This document shows, one piece after another, positions 17,508-26,672 of a stretch of DNA of 43,036 nt. Below the pieces are notes generated by a model, which saw nothing but the letters and a program-made list of their open reading frames with translations, searched no databases and was not told the origin of the DNA. The translations under genes and the position numbers were made by a program. Source of the DNA: a virus; the IMG/VR virus record IMGVR_UViG_3300018476_000007, positions 1-43,036 of that record. One strand, 5' to 3'. The first letter of the stretch is position 1. Each line of letters begins with the position of its first letter.

Positions 17508-18025
17508 AAAATTGTCCAGTAAGGATGTCCGGTCAAAGGGACCAAAGTAATAGTTCCAGGAGCAGCAAGTATTATTTCTGTTAACTCAGGAGCTTCCATA
17601 AAATTTCCAGCTATAGTTCTAATATGGACATTATTTGCGGACCAGCATTTAATATGATATGGTTTAACTTTAGCTGTATTCGCATCATGCATAGTTAATA
17701 CAGTTGGATAGCTGGGATTATACATAACTATAACATCATCAGCATCACTCAGATTCCAATAAGCATCAACCATAAATTTTACACTTAATGGACTAGGAGG
17801 TAATGTTGCTGGAATAGCAGGAGGAGGATCTTCTGAATGATATATATAAGAATGATGATTTCCTTGATGTAGATATAATCTATTTATATCCTTAGCAAAA
17901 AGAAAATCTCCTCTCATTCCTGGTCCTTGCTCAGAAGCACTATCAACTACTTGATATCCATTTATTAATGTAGCAGGAGAATCAGCACCATCTTTAAATA
18001 CGAATTTCATATTCGTATTAGCCAT
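17504..18025 (-). CDS. Tail-module paralogue A (173 aa)
   Basis: DADDVIVMYNPSYPTVLTMHDANTAKVKPYHIKCWSANNVHIR. Confidence 0.65.
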   Translation of the reverse strand: MANTNMKFVFKDGADSPATLINGYQVVDSASEQGPGMRGDFLFAKDINRLYLHQGNHHSYIYHSEDPPPAIPATLPPSPLSVKFMVDAYWNLSDADDVIVMYNPSYPTVLTMHDANTAKVKPYHIKCWSANNVHIRTIAGNFMEAPELTEIILAAPGTITLVPLTGHPYWTIL

Positions 18026-19440
18026 TATACAACTCCTCTAGCATCCCATCTAAATACCACAGTCTTTCTTACTCCAGCATTATCATATATCTTAACTCTG
18101 AAGTAAGTTGGATTAGGAACATCCAAGAAATCAACAATCGGAATAACTGTTTCAACACTCATAGGAGCAATAGTAATACCATCAATATCCTTAAATATCT
18201 TATTGAAGGTTACCACAGTTCCACTTGGATCAGTTGCTACAGCAGTAGCCTGTCCAGCATCTTGTTCTCTCTTGACAGATACTCCTACCATATAATTGCT
18301 AAAGGCTGTTAATGCCTTATCATCAGCAGAAGTAAATGACATCTTAATCTTAATATATCTTGCACTCATTACATAGAATGTTTGAGTAGTATAGTTTCCT
18401 GTAAAATTAATGTTATTATCAGATACCTGAGCATAGATGCCAAATGTAGGAGAATTACTCCCTATAAGCATCTCAAACATCCAGCTAATACTTACGATGA
18501 CACTTGTATAAATAATACCAAAATCAAATGTCTCTTCATAAGATGCTGTAGTAGGAACAGGAGTTATCCACCAAGTATATCCAGCATTTATCTGCGCTTG
18601 TGGACTAGCCCATCCTCGCCTATCAAAATGCTGTTGAATAGTCTCACCTAAATCTAGGGCAAAGAGAAGTCTTCCTCGCTCATCAATCTTAGAATTGATC
18701 TTAGTTCCGGGAATAAAATTAGATGTAATAGATTTGATTAATGAGAAATCAGGAAATGCTGCTACATCAACTACAATATTATTCTCAGGTCCGACGTTAC
18801 CTGCAACATCTACTGCAATAACGGTATACTTATACGTTCCCTGATTGATCTCGGCATAGACAAAAAACTGTCCATCCTGCCGAGTAATTTCCATATTGTT
18901 CTTCTTAACAATATAATATGAAATCTCGAATGTAGTTACCGGCCTATTCCATCTAAGGAGGACGTTATTAATTGAGACTTCTGCAGATATAGTAGATGGA
19001 CCAATTGTAGGAACAACTACATCTACTCTAGCAGCTTCTTCAGAATACTCTCCATCAACACTAATAGTCTTAAGAAGATAAGTATGAGTGCCTACAGTTA
19101 TAGGATCTAGAACAGCCTCAATACTATTAGTTACTAATACTCTAGAAGCAGTATTCCAGACTGTTCCCTTCCTTAATTCATAAAATTGAAAATCAAAATC
19201 CGGTGGCGTCCATCTAAGAATTACACTAAGTGTAGTAAACTCATAAGTAAAGTCTATTACTACTCCAGGAATCTTAGGTGCTACTGGGGTAATCTTCTCT
19301 CCAGTTACAGGAGCGGGATCAACTATATAACCAAGTCGATCCAATTCATCTACTATCTCTTGCAATACAGTCAACATTACAGGGTCGCCTTGCCCTGCTC
19401 TAGTCAATAGACTGTTTAAACTAGACTGAATGTTAGACAT
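18025..19440 (-). CDS. Tail protein with two fibronectin-type-III-like repeats (471 aa)
   Basis: Two segments match the FN3 pattern: TLSVILRWTPPDFDFQFYELRKG and NNVLLRWNRPVTTFEISYYIVKKN. There is a 1-nt overlap with both neighbours. Confidence 0.55.
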   Translation of the reverse strand: MSNIQSSLNSLLTRAGQGDPVMLTVLQEIVDELDRLGYIVDPAPVTGEKITPVAPKIPGVVIDFTYEFTTLSVILRWTPPDFDFQFYELRKGTVWNTASRVLVTNSIEAVLDPITVGTHTYLLKTISVDGEYSEEAARVDVVVPTIGPSTISAEVSINNVLLRWNRPVTTFEISYYIVKKNNMEITRQDGQFFVYAEINQGTYKYTVIAVDVAGNVGPENNIVVDVAAFPDFSLIKSITSNFIPGTKINSKIDERGRLLFALDLGETIQQHFDRRGWASPQAQINAGYTWWITPVPTTASYEETFDFGIIYTSVIVSISWMFEMLIGSNSPTFGIYAQVSDNNINFTGNYTTQTFYVMSARYIKIKMSFTSADDKALTAFSNYMVGVSVKREQDAGQATAVATDPSGTVVTFNKIFKDIDGITIAPMSVETVIPIVDFLDVPNPTYFRVKIYDNAGVRKTVVFRWDARGVV

Positions 19441-21287
19441 TAGAGTAGGGGACGGCTACCAAATATCGGATTTGTATAAATATAAATACTGTAAATCTTG
19501 AAGTAATTTCCCGCGTCTAACATACTGATTTTCAAAGATGCTTTCTCACTTTGAAACCGAGCTAATGAAATGAATTCTTTGCCGGGCGCGCAGTTTAGAT
19601 TTAAACTAGGTAGATCCTGATATTCTACATCATCTTCGCCTTCAAGTCGTAGGACTAATAGACCAGAGCCTTTAGCTCTGAATCCTACTGCGCCGACATG
19701 ATGTATAATATTAGACTCTCCTGAATTACTAAATGCGAATTTTACAAATTGCTCGATGATGGTAAAATTATCATCTTTCCTATCAGGTTGCTGACTAAAG
19801 ATTCCACTCGTAGAAGCTGCTATATGCAACTCAGGAACACCATCAGCATTTCTTTTAATGGCAATGGCACGAGGATCAAAATCCTTAAACTTCCACTTAT
19901 GCCATTTGATTCTATCTAGCTGAAAACCATTCTCATAATTACATACAAAGATAGTATTGGGCTTAGTAGCTCCCTCAGTAGCAGCTAACACATAAAGCTT
20001 TAGAGCTTCCTGATCGAACATAATCTGAAGAAGATGGAAGGATTTATTATTTATCTTCTTCCAAAAGTTCTTTATATTTCTAGTGAGGGGTATTTCTTCG
20101 TAGACACCAGTAAACTTAAATATACCCGTAGGGTTAGCAACAACAAAGAACTCAACCTTACTACCAGTCGCATCCAGAAACTTAGCAATTCCATTAACAT
20201 CGCTACCAGTAGAAGAATCTATCGTAACTGGATTCCAAGTAGATGGTTCATAGCTATTATCACGGACTGTATAAGTTTTATTTCTCTTAGTTACGAAGAA
20301 ATTATCTCTATGTTCAGTAGCATCCTTAACTCCCTCAGTTTCAAAGGGATCATAGGATAGAAAGCCCGCACTACTATGAATACTCTCAGGTTCCATAGCC
20401 TTGCTAAAGTATACTAGATTCTTATCAATATCAGGCCCTCCGAATGCCATTCTCCTACCATAAGGACGAATGAATACTACAGCAGGAATCTCTTCTAATT
20501 GATCGTATGTATAATCTGCACTGAATTGTAGATCAGCATCGTAGAAGTTTACATTAGCTAGACTAGTATCTACGTTATTTTCAATTCTTCCCCCATTAAC
20601 GAAGAACATCTCGTATCCTAGTTCATTCCCATTGTAGTTCTGAATTGCCATACTAGCAATCAGTCTACGTCCCATAGTTCCTACTGGACCTACAGGAATA
20701 TTGGTGAAGTCTACTGAATGCGCTCCATCAACTAGTAGAGTCTTAGCAGGACAAGGACCAGTAATGAATCCCGTATCAGTCTCAAATACCCATGCAAAGA
20801 TATGAGTCCCTGCTTCAATTACTCCTGCAGAACTCATAGCTACGTTAAAGGATGCTACAGGTTTCTTACCAGCAGCCGGTCTAGCTACTCCAGTTCCACC
20901 ATAGATGTATACTACTGATCCAGGTAATCCCGATATTCCATTATGGGGAGATATGAAAGCTTTACCATTCATATAGTTGATGGTAAAATCAGTCATACCG
21001 GGAACATCAAGAATCATTACGCTGGTAGTTAAATCATGTATCTGACTTCCTATCAGAATAAGAACTCGATCAGCTTCTCCTTGTCTCCTATAGATCTCAA
21101 TTCTAACCGCAGTAGAGTAAGTGCTATAAACTTGACCAAACCCATCCCTAGTTCTTATGTCATCACCATACGTTATGGTATTCAATTCATCCATAGAATA
21201 ACCTGGAGGAACTGAATCCGTAAACGAATCTATTCCGTATAGTCCTAAGAATCTATCTATAGGGATGGGTTTGTGATCTTGGAGCAT
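19440..21287 (-). CDS. Large tail structural protein (615 aa; tubular/nozzle-like by position)
   Basis: Size and position between the head-completion genes and the fibre module. No motif recognised. Confidence 0.45.
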   Translation of the reverse strand: MLQDHKPIPIDRFLGLYGIDSFTDSVPPGYSMDELNTITYGDDIRTRDGFGQVYSTYSTAVRIEIYRRQGEADRVLILIGSQIHDLTTSVMILDVPGMTDFTINYMNGKAFISPHNGISGLPGSVVYIYGGTGVARPAAGKKPVASFNVAMSSAGVIEAGTHIFAWVFETDTGFITGPCPAKTLLVDGAHSVDFTNIPVGPVGTMGRRLIASMAIQNYNGNELGYEMFFVNGGRIENNVDTSLANVNFYDADLQFSADYTYDQLEEIPAVVFIRPYGRRMAFGGPDIDKNLVYFSKAMEPESIHSSAGFLSYDPFETEGVKDATEHRDNFFVTKRNKTYTVRDNSYEPSTWNPVTIDSSTGSDVNGIAKFLDATGSKVEFFVVANPTGIFKFTGVYEEIPLTRNIKNFWKKINNKSFHLLQIMFDQEALKLYVLAATEGATKPNTIFVCNYENGFQLDRIKWHKWKFKDFDPRAIAIKRNADGVPELHIAASTSGIFSQQPDRKDDNFTIIEQFVKFAFSNSGESNIIHHVGAVGFRAKGSGLLVLRLEGEDDVEYQDLPSLNLNCAPGKEFISLARFQSEKASLKISMLDAGNYFKIYSIYIYTNPIFGSRPLL

Positions 21288-21294
21288 TTGAAAC

Positions 21295-21744
21295 CTATGC
21301 TACAAAGCGAATAACCATCACTCCACCAGTAAGAGTATTAGGCAAAGTTCCAGTTCCAGTTACTCTAACTCTAAGTCTATCCCCTGCCTTAACCTGCAAT
21401 GCAGGACTTGAAGTGCTAGGATAAAGCTTCTTCCTGCTACCAGACTGCAATGCAGATCCACCAGTCAGTTTGGTAGTATTATTATTGGTAGCAGCAAGTA
21501 TTTGATTGGTTCCAATTCCAGCCTGACCTAGATTCTGAATTGCAAACGTTACGTAATTAGAATCACTGGCTGCAATTGCTTCTACTGCTGAGAAGTCTGC
21601 CGAATGGAATTCTCCATCCTCAGGAACAATAGCAAACATATCAGTATTGCCAGCAGCAGTAGGAATAGTTCCGAAGTTAAGTTGAACTTCAGATTTAACT
21701 CCGCCCTGATACCTAAGTGCAGCTAGAGCATTTGATCCTGCCAT
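21295..21744 (-). CDS. Small virion protein (149 aa)
   Basis: Ala/Gly/Thr-rich beta-type composition. Abuts the upstream gene. Confidence 0.5.
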   Translation of the reverse strand: MAGSNALAALRYQGGVKSEVQLNFGTIPTAAGNTDMFAIVPEDGEFHSADFSAVEAIAASDSNYVTFAIQNLGQAGIGTNQILAATNNNTTKLTGGSALQSGSRKKLYPSTSSPALQVKAGDRLRVRVTGTGTLPNTLTGGVMVIRFVA

Positions 21745-22401
21745 TTAACCTCTCCCGGCGTAAGGTCTACGCCTAGTTCCCATTCCATGTTGAGTTTGTT
21801 TCTGCAATCTTCTAGTTAATCTATCCCGCGCTCGCGCAATGTCTATCTCAAAGCTATTAGCTTTCGTAATGCTGTTACCTAAATCCCTAGCTGCATTACG
21901 CGCAGTAACGAGCGCCAGAAACCTACGAGATTGTTCAATATCAATCGTAATATCATCCTGAGTGATAGGAGTTAGTCCAGTAATATACTGAAGCATTACC
22001 TCTCTATCAGTGCTAGGAGGATTAATTGCAATTTCTGTCGCTCTAACAGTCCACTGAACTACTGAATCTATTGGATTGATAGAGCGATTGGCGTCAATAA
22101 CTACAGACTCTTTAACCTGAGTCCATAGATCTGTGCTACCCATCCTACGTTCATGAAGTGCAATAGCTTCCACGAAATCAATAGGCATCTGAGGAAGTTC
22201 TAATGATCCTTGTGGAACTAGAATGATAATCGAATCCCTCCTAAGTGGAGTTACTTCGTATACTGATAGTTCTTCTTCCAGTTCATCCAATGCATTATTG
22301 AGCATTGGAAGCAGAACTACGTTATCGTATACTAGTTGATTGATATCATTTAGATGCGTAGCTGCACGCATCATAATACTTCCAGCAGTGCTAATCGCCA
22401 T
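21745..22401 (-). CDS. Virion protein (218 aa; adaptor/head-completion candidate by position)
   Basis: Position only. Basic C-terminal tail GTRRRPYAGRG. Confidence 0.4.
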   Translation of the reverse strand: MAISTAGSIMMRAATHLNDINQLVYDNVVLLPMLNNALDELEEELSVYEVTPLRRDSIIILVPQGSLELPQMPIDFVEAIALHERRMGSTDLWTQVKESVVIDANRSINPIDSVVQWTVRATEIAINPPSTDREVMLQYITGLTPITQDDITIDIEQSRRFLALVTARNAARDLGNSITKANSFEIDIARARDRLTRRLQKQTQHGMGTRRRPYAGRG

Positions 22402-22402
22402 T

Positions 22403-23035
22403 TTACTTGCTCATCTGACCAGCCAATAGTATTTCTAGCTGCTTAAGACGCTCAGGATTATGTACTTTGCCACAGTGAGGACAAATAGGAGTATTAGAAT
22501 CAAGAAGATTACTACCACAATATGGACAAGTATCCTTCCTATTAAGCTCCTCACTTTCAATATCAAACAACCACTCCCGCGTTAGTCCTAGTTCACGGGC
22601 TGCAATTCTTTGAATACCAGAAATCATTTGATGTCTACGTGCTGTCTGCCAATCATCATCAGCAAGCTTAACCAGAGCAATAAACCACTTCTTCTGTTTT
22701 CTCAGATGCTCAGCAACAATCTCTTTATAATTCTTCTCTACATCCTTTGGTTGGACTTCAATACTAGGAATGTAGAATAGAGCTGGATGTTGTTCAGAAT
22801 TATACATAAGCTGTGAGGTAATATGCATATGCACTACACTCTCAGCAATCTGCTCTGAAGCAACTAGAACTTTATCCTGATTGCCATCAATATCAGGTTT
22901 ATAGTAATAAGAATTCTCTACAATCAGAACTGTAGGCAATCCCTGTGAAGCTGCCAGACGATAGTTACCAATCTGTAGTCCCGGAATTTGCTCGTTAATA
23001 TCTACCTTAGCGTAACTTACAAGTGAGCTAGCCAT
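22403..23035 (-). CDS. Virion-module protein with a C-terminal zinc ribbon (210 aa)
   Basis: CPYCGSNLLDSNTPICPHCGK. Confidence 0.55.
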   Translation of the reverse strand: MASSLVSYAKVDINEQIPGLQIGNYRLAASQGLPTVLIVENSYYYKPDIDGNQDKVLVASEQIAESVVHMHITSQLMYNSEQHPALFYIPSIEVQPKDVEKNYKEIVAEHLRKQKKWFIALVKLADDDWQTARRHQMISGIQRIAARELGLTREWLFDIESEELNRKDTCPYCGSNLLDSNTPICPHCGKVHNPERLKQLEILLAGQMSK

Positions 23036-23038
23036 TCT

Positions 23039-23548
23039 TTACTCCAATACAAATCCAAAAGAACTACGTAGATCACCTAGACGTTCTACAGTTTCCTTAT
23101 GTTTAGCTAATTCTCGCATAGCCAATTGTTCCATGCGGAAATTAATACGTTCCGCAAGTGTCATCTTTACATAGAACTTAAAGAATAACATCATAGCTGC
23201 TTTTACCATTTCTAGCTTTAATGGCAGCGGATTACACATAACATCCTGAAAGGTATAAATCTCATTGTAGGTAAACATCTTATCAGTCTGTAAACCTACT
23301 TCTCTATCCTGAGGATTGATAAGACAAATCCGCTCAAGTATCCAACGATCTTGAGCAAAAGGATAGACTAATACTTCTCTAGTCTCTACTACATCTCTTA
23401 TGATACTATCGCCTACATGATCTATAAACCTACTCTTACGATGCTCTGTCATTCCCGTAGACCAAATTACTCGGAACAGTGGAAGTCCTTCAATGGTCTT
23501 ACCATAGTTATTGTCTAACCACTGATTGATCATATTAGGATCATCCAC
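23039..23548 (-). CDS. Virion-module protein (169 aa)
   Basis: Position downstream of the capsid gene. No motif recognised. Confidence 0.55.
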   Translation of the reverse strand: MDDPNMINQWLDNNYGKTIEGLPLFRVIWSTGMTEHRKSRFIDHVGDSIIRDVVETREVLVYPFAQDRWILERICLINPQDREVGLQTDKMFTYNEIYTFQDVMCNPLPLKLEMVKAAMMLFFKFYVKMTLAERINFRMEQLAMRELAKHKETVERLGDLRSSFGFVLE

Positions 23549-23573
23549 TGTTCCTTCTCCTTATCCTACTGTA

Positions 23574-23879
23574 CTACTTCAAATACCAGAGTGAACCATC
23601 ATAATAGCCAATGATGGGAACATTAGCAGTTGCAGTAAATGCAGCAGCAATATTACCACCAGTAGCAAATGGTGCAGCACCAGTAGGAACAAGTGTTACA
23701 TGACCTACGAATCCTGTAAAAGGAGGATTAATAGTCGTGCAACTAACAGCACCTGTCAATTTGTGCACGGGATGTGAGAGTGTAATAGTTGCTGCACTAG
23801 CAAGTGTTGAACCCTCTGCTCCACCAGGAGGGTTAATCCATGCTCTTGAAGCAAATTTAGCGAGATCAGCATCAGGCAT
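23574..23879 (-). CDS. Small Ala/Gly/Thr-rich protein (101 aa), possible capsid accessory
   Basis: Lies immediately downstream of the major capsid gene. GGAGAA SD. Confidence 0.5.
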   Translation of the reverse strand: MPDADLAKFASRAWINPPGGAEGSTLASAATITLSHPVHKLTGAVSCTTINPPFTGFVGHVTLVPTGAAPFATGGNIAAAFTATANVPIIGYYDGSLWYLK

Positions 23880-23926
23880 TGTTTGATTCTCCTTGTTAAC
23901 GAGACTCTCTAGAAAAGAGAATCAAT

Positions 23927-25189
23927 CTATTCGTAACCCGCAGGAATCGCCAAGTTGTCAATGTAGACATTGGCTCCGGGATTCTTGTGATAAAGCTGCC
24001 AATCAGCAGTAACATAAGATACTGACGATGTAGCAACTCCACCACTAGGACCACGCATTTCAAAAACCTTACGGCCAGCAACAGTGTGCCACCCAGGTTC
24101 TTTCATAACTGCGCGGCCATAAAGACCCATAAGAATGAAATCCATTCTCCTTTTGTTCCACATATTAGACAATTTCAGTGGAACTCCAGCGATAGAAAGA
24201 TTATCACCGAAGTAAAGGTCCAATGCTTCATTCTTGTTAGAACCCTTGTTAATCATCGTAACAAGGTGTCCAAGAGATTCATACGCTGCTGCCTGTGCAG
24301 GATGGGTCCAAATCTCTGGGCGAAGTTTCTTAGCACTCTTAATACCAACTCGATCGCTAAGCTTATTCAAAGCCAAACGACCAAGAGGAAGTGCCAAAGC
24401 AGCATTGTTACCATCTACCCTAGTTGAAACAACTTCAGGAGTAGTGGCTCTATCAATCCCCATAACACTACCAGTGGTAGCATTAGAAGACCAATAAGGA
24501 ATACCAAGCAATGCTACAGGGGTTACACCAGTAAGACCCTCAGGAAGAATTACATCAGTTGCAATGTGTCCTGCTACCGCCGGGATCTTAAGTGTATTGT
24601 TAGCGTAATCAATAAAGCTGATAGGAATAGATCCGCCAGCCGTTCTATTAATGGTCCTTGCGGCATTATAGACACTCACACGCTGACCAAACCTAAGCAG
24701 CTTTACACCATAACCATCAGTTGTGCAAGTAACGGTGTCGATTCCTGCACTACTAGTTACCGTAGTAACAGTAGCCATCACACCAGTTCCAGCCTGCATC
24801 AACTGAGCTTCACTATGCCTACGGAATTCATCCATACCATCCGCCATATTCTCACGGATAGCATTAATGACAGCTTGATTACCATCAGTTCCCAACTCTA
24901 CTTCTAGAGTCCACTGAATAGCAATCTTCATATGGGCAACTGTCAATGTCCCCTTATCATAACGGGTAGCATCGCCAGTACCGAGATCACCATTGTTAGG
25001 ATCGTAGTATCCGAATTTTCCACCCGGCCTAAGCTTCAGTGGTACTCTCATACTACGACTTGAGACTTTCTTACCACTAACCTTCTCAACTTCAGAATAG
25101 AACGTATCGTCAATGTCATAGGCAGTAGTCAACCTACCATCTTCAACTCGTTCCATCTCAGTTGCTAGAACGTCGTCAACTGTTTGCAT
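23927..25189 (-). CDS. Major capsid protein (420 aa)
   Basis: Follows the scaffold gene, has a strong GGAGGA SD, and has typical size and composition. The fold was not verified. Confidence 0.7.
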   Translation of the reverse strand: MQTVDDVLATEMERVEDGRLTTAYDIDDTFYSEVEKVSGKKVSSRSMRVPLKLRPGGKFGYYDPNNGDLGTGDATRYDKGTLTVAHMKIAIQWTLEVELGTDGNQAVINAIRENMADGMDEFRRHSEAQLMQAGTGVMATVTTVTSSAGIDTVTCTTDGYGVKLLRFGQRVSVYNAARTINRTAGGSIPISFIDYANNTLKIPAVAGHIATDVILPEGLTGVTPVALLGIPYWSSNATTGSVMGIDRATTPEVVSTRVDGNNAALALPLGRLALNKLSDRVGIKSAKKLRPEIWTHPAQAAAYESLGHLVTMINKGSNKNEALDLYFGDNLSIAGVPLKLSNMWNKRRMDFILMGLYGRAVMKEPGWHTVAGRKVFEMRGPSGGVATSSVSYVTADWQLYHKNPGANVYIDNLAIPAGYE

Positions 25190-25285
25190 GCTAATCCTCC
25201 AAAATCCTTTAACTAGTGCAATCTCCTTATCAGCTATTTTTACAGCATTTATACAGTGCTGGACTGGGGATTAGCTGAGTTTAAT

Positions 25286-25468
25286 CTATTCGTCAAGCAA
25301 GTCCGTTAGTTGTTCCGCCTGAGCTTTTTCAATTGGGGGAATGTTACTAGTCGCAACCCAAGTGATTAAATTGCTTATGATTTTCTTCAGATCTCTAATC
25401 TGATTCTGAAGATTCTCAACAGTTTCTTCCAGTTCATCGTTTGATTTAGTCATTGTACTAATCATCAA
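25286..25468 (-). CDS. Small coiled-coil protein (60 aa; start uncertain, alternative ATG at 25453)
   Basis: DELEETVENLQNQIRDLKKIISNL. The listed start overlaps the end of the scaffold gene by 11 nt. Confidence 0.5.
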   Translation of the reverse strand: MMISTMTKSNDELEETVENLQNQIRDLKKIISNLITWVATSNIPPIEKAQAEQLTDLLDE

Positions 25469-26672
25469 ACACCTGTCGAGTTGTAAGGTTTTCCTTCTTA
25501 GCTCTCTCTACGGTCATCTTACCGCCCTTGGATCCTCCCTTATGTTCTCCACCTCCAGAGATTCTAGTAGGATCCTTCTTATCTTTTTCTTCCTTACCAT
25601 CACTCTTGCCAAGTGTTTCTTTTCTCACTTCGGCCCTAACTTTAGGTATAAGAGTCTTAGCCTTAGCCAGAAACAATGCAAGAAACGCACTCTTATGCGC
25701 TCCAGAGAAACCGTTCCTCTGTTCTTTTTTCCAATTAGCATTCATTCTCCCCAGATAGAGGGAGTCTTGATCCATCTGTTCGAGAATTTTGCCTCTTACT
25801 TCCTTAGAAATAATCTTCCTTAGTCCAGGCTGCTTAGCTAAATCTTCCAATCCTTTACTAATTTCAGTATCAAGAGCATCATAACAGGTCTTAGTTACTT
25901 CTCCTGCCAATGCCTTATACTTACCGGCAAAATAATTAGCCTTATCTCTTTCTACAGTCTCGTCCTTAGGAGTCCTAGAGCCATTTACTAATGAGACTTC
26001 ACCTTCAATATCCTCGTAAGCTCCACCGAATAGAATCTTATGGACGATCTTGGCGGCGTTCTTAATGTTTTCGTCTTTACCTTTATCACCGTGATTATAA
26101 ACATTCTTAATAAACTGCTGAACTTCTGGAGCTACGATATCAAAATATAAACCTTTATCAAGTTCTTTTACTGCGGGTATGAAATTGCCACTAAATGTCT
26201 TAAGGGATTCATCTCCCTCACCTTTAAGTTCAGTAAGAAATCTACCAGCATCTCCTGCTACAATGGCAGCAGTAATATCATTATATGCATTCTCAATCTC
26301 AGCAGCCTTCCTAGCATCTTCTACCGTAGGAAAGATTTCAGAGAATTGCTGCTCACGGAAAAAAGCGTGTTTAAGATCTGGGAAGTCCTTAAAGAATTGA
26401 GGATACTTTCCCTTAATATCCTTAAACTCTACACGAGTAAGAACTGGATCTTCTTCTTCCTTCTTATCCTTTTCTTCGCCTTCTTCATCTTCTTCTTTAT
26501 CTTCTTCATCATCTTCCTTATCTTCCTTATCTTCTTCTTCTTCTCCTTCTTCCTCTTCTTCATCATCCTTTTCATCAAGGTTGACTTCGGGTTCATCAGT
26601 CATAATCCCGCCAGAACTATCTGCGGGAGCGAGCAATAGAATGAATTTATCTAGCAGGGAATTGCGCAACAT
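25458..26672 (-). CDS. Scaffolding protein (404 aa) with a long acidic tract
   Basis: Lies between the portal and capsid genes. It has a D/E run (DEKDDEEEEEGEEEEDKEDKEDDEEDKEEDEEGEEKDKKEEED) and is helical and charged. An AAGGAG SD sits 6 nt upstream, inside the end of the portal gene. Confidence 0.65.
   Translation of the reverse strand: MLRNSLLDKFILLLAPADSSGGIMTDEPEVNLDEKDDEEEEEGEEEEDKEDKEDDEEDKEEDEEGEEKDKKEEEDPVLTRVEFKDIKGKYPQFFKDFPDLKHAFFREQQFSEIFPTVEDARKAAEIENAYNDITAAIVAGDAGRFLTELKGEGDESLKTFSGNFIPAVKELDKGLYFDIVAPEVQQFIKNVYNHGDKGKDENIKNAAKIVHKILFGGAYEDIEGEVSLVNGSRTPKDETVERDKANYFAGKYKALAGEVTKTCYDALDTEISKGLEDLAKQPGLRKIISKEVRGKILEQMDQDSLYLGRMNANWKKEQRNGFSGAHKSAFLALFLAKAKTLIPKVRAEVRKETLGKSDGKEEKDKKDPTRISGGGEHKGGSKGGKMTVERAKKENLTTRQVFDD

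Noticed and set aside
26455-26585. Simple-sequence DNA (cttcttc/tcttcc runs) that looks like a tandem repeat
   Set aside because: It is the antisense view of the GAA/GAG/GAT-rich acidic tract of the scaffolding protein. It reflects coding low complexity, not a structural DNA repeat.
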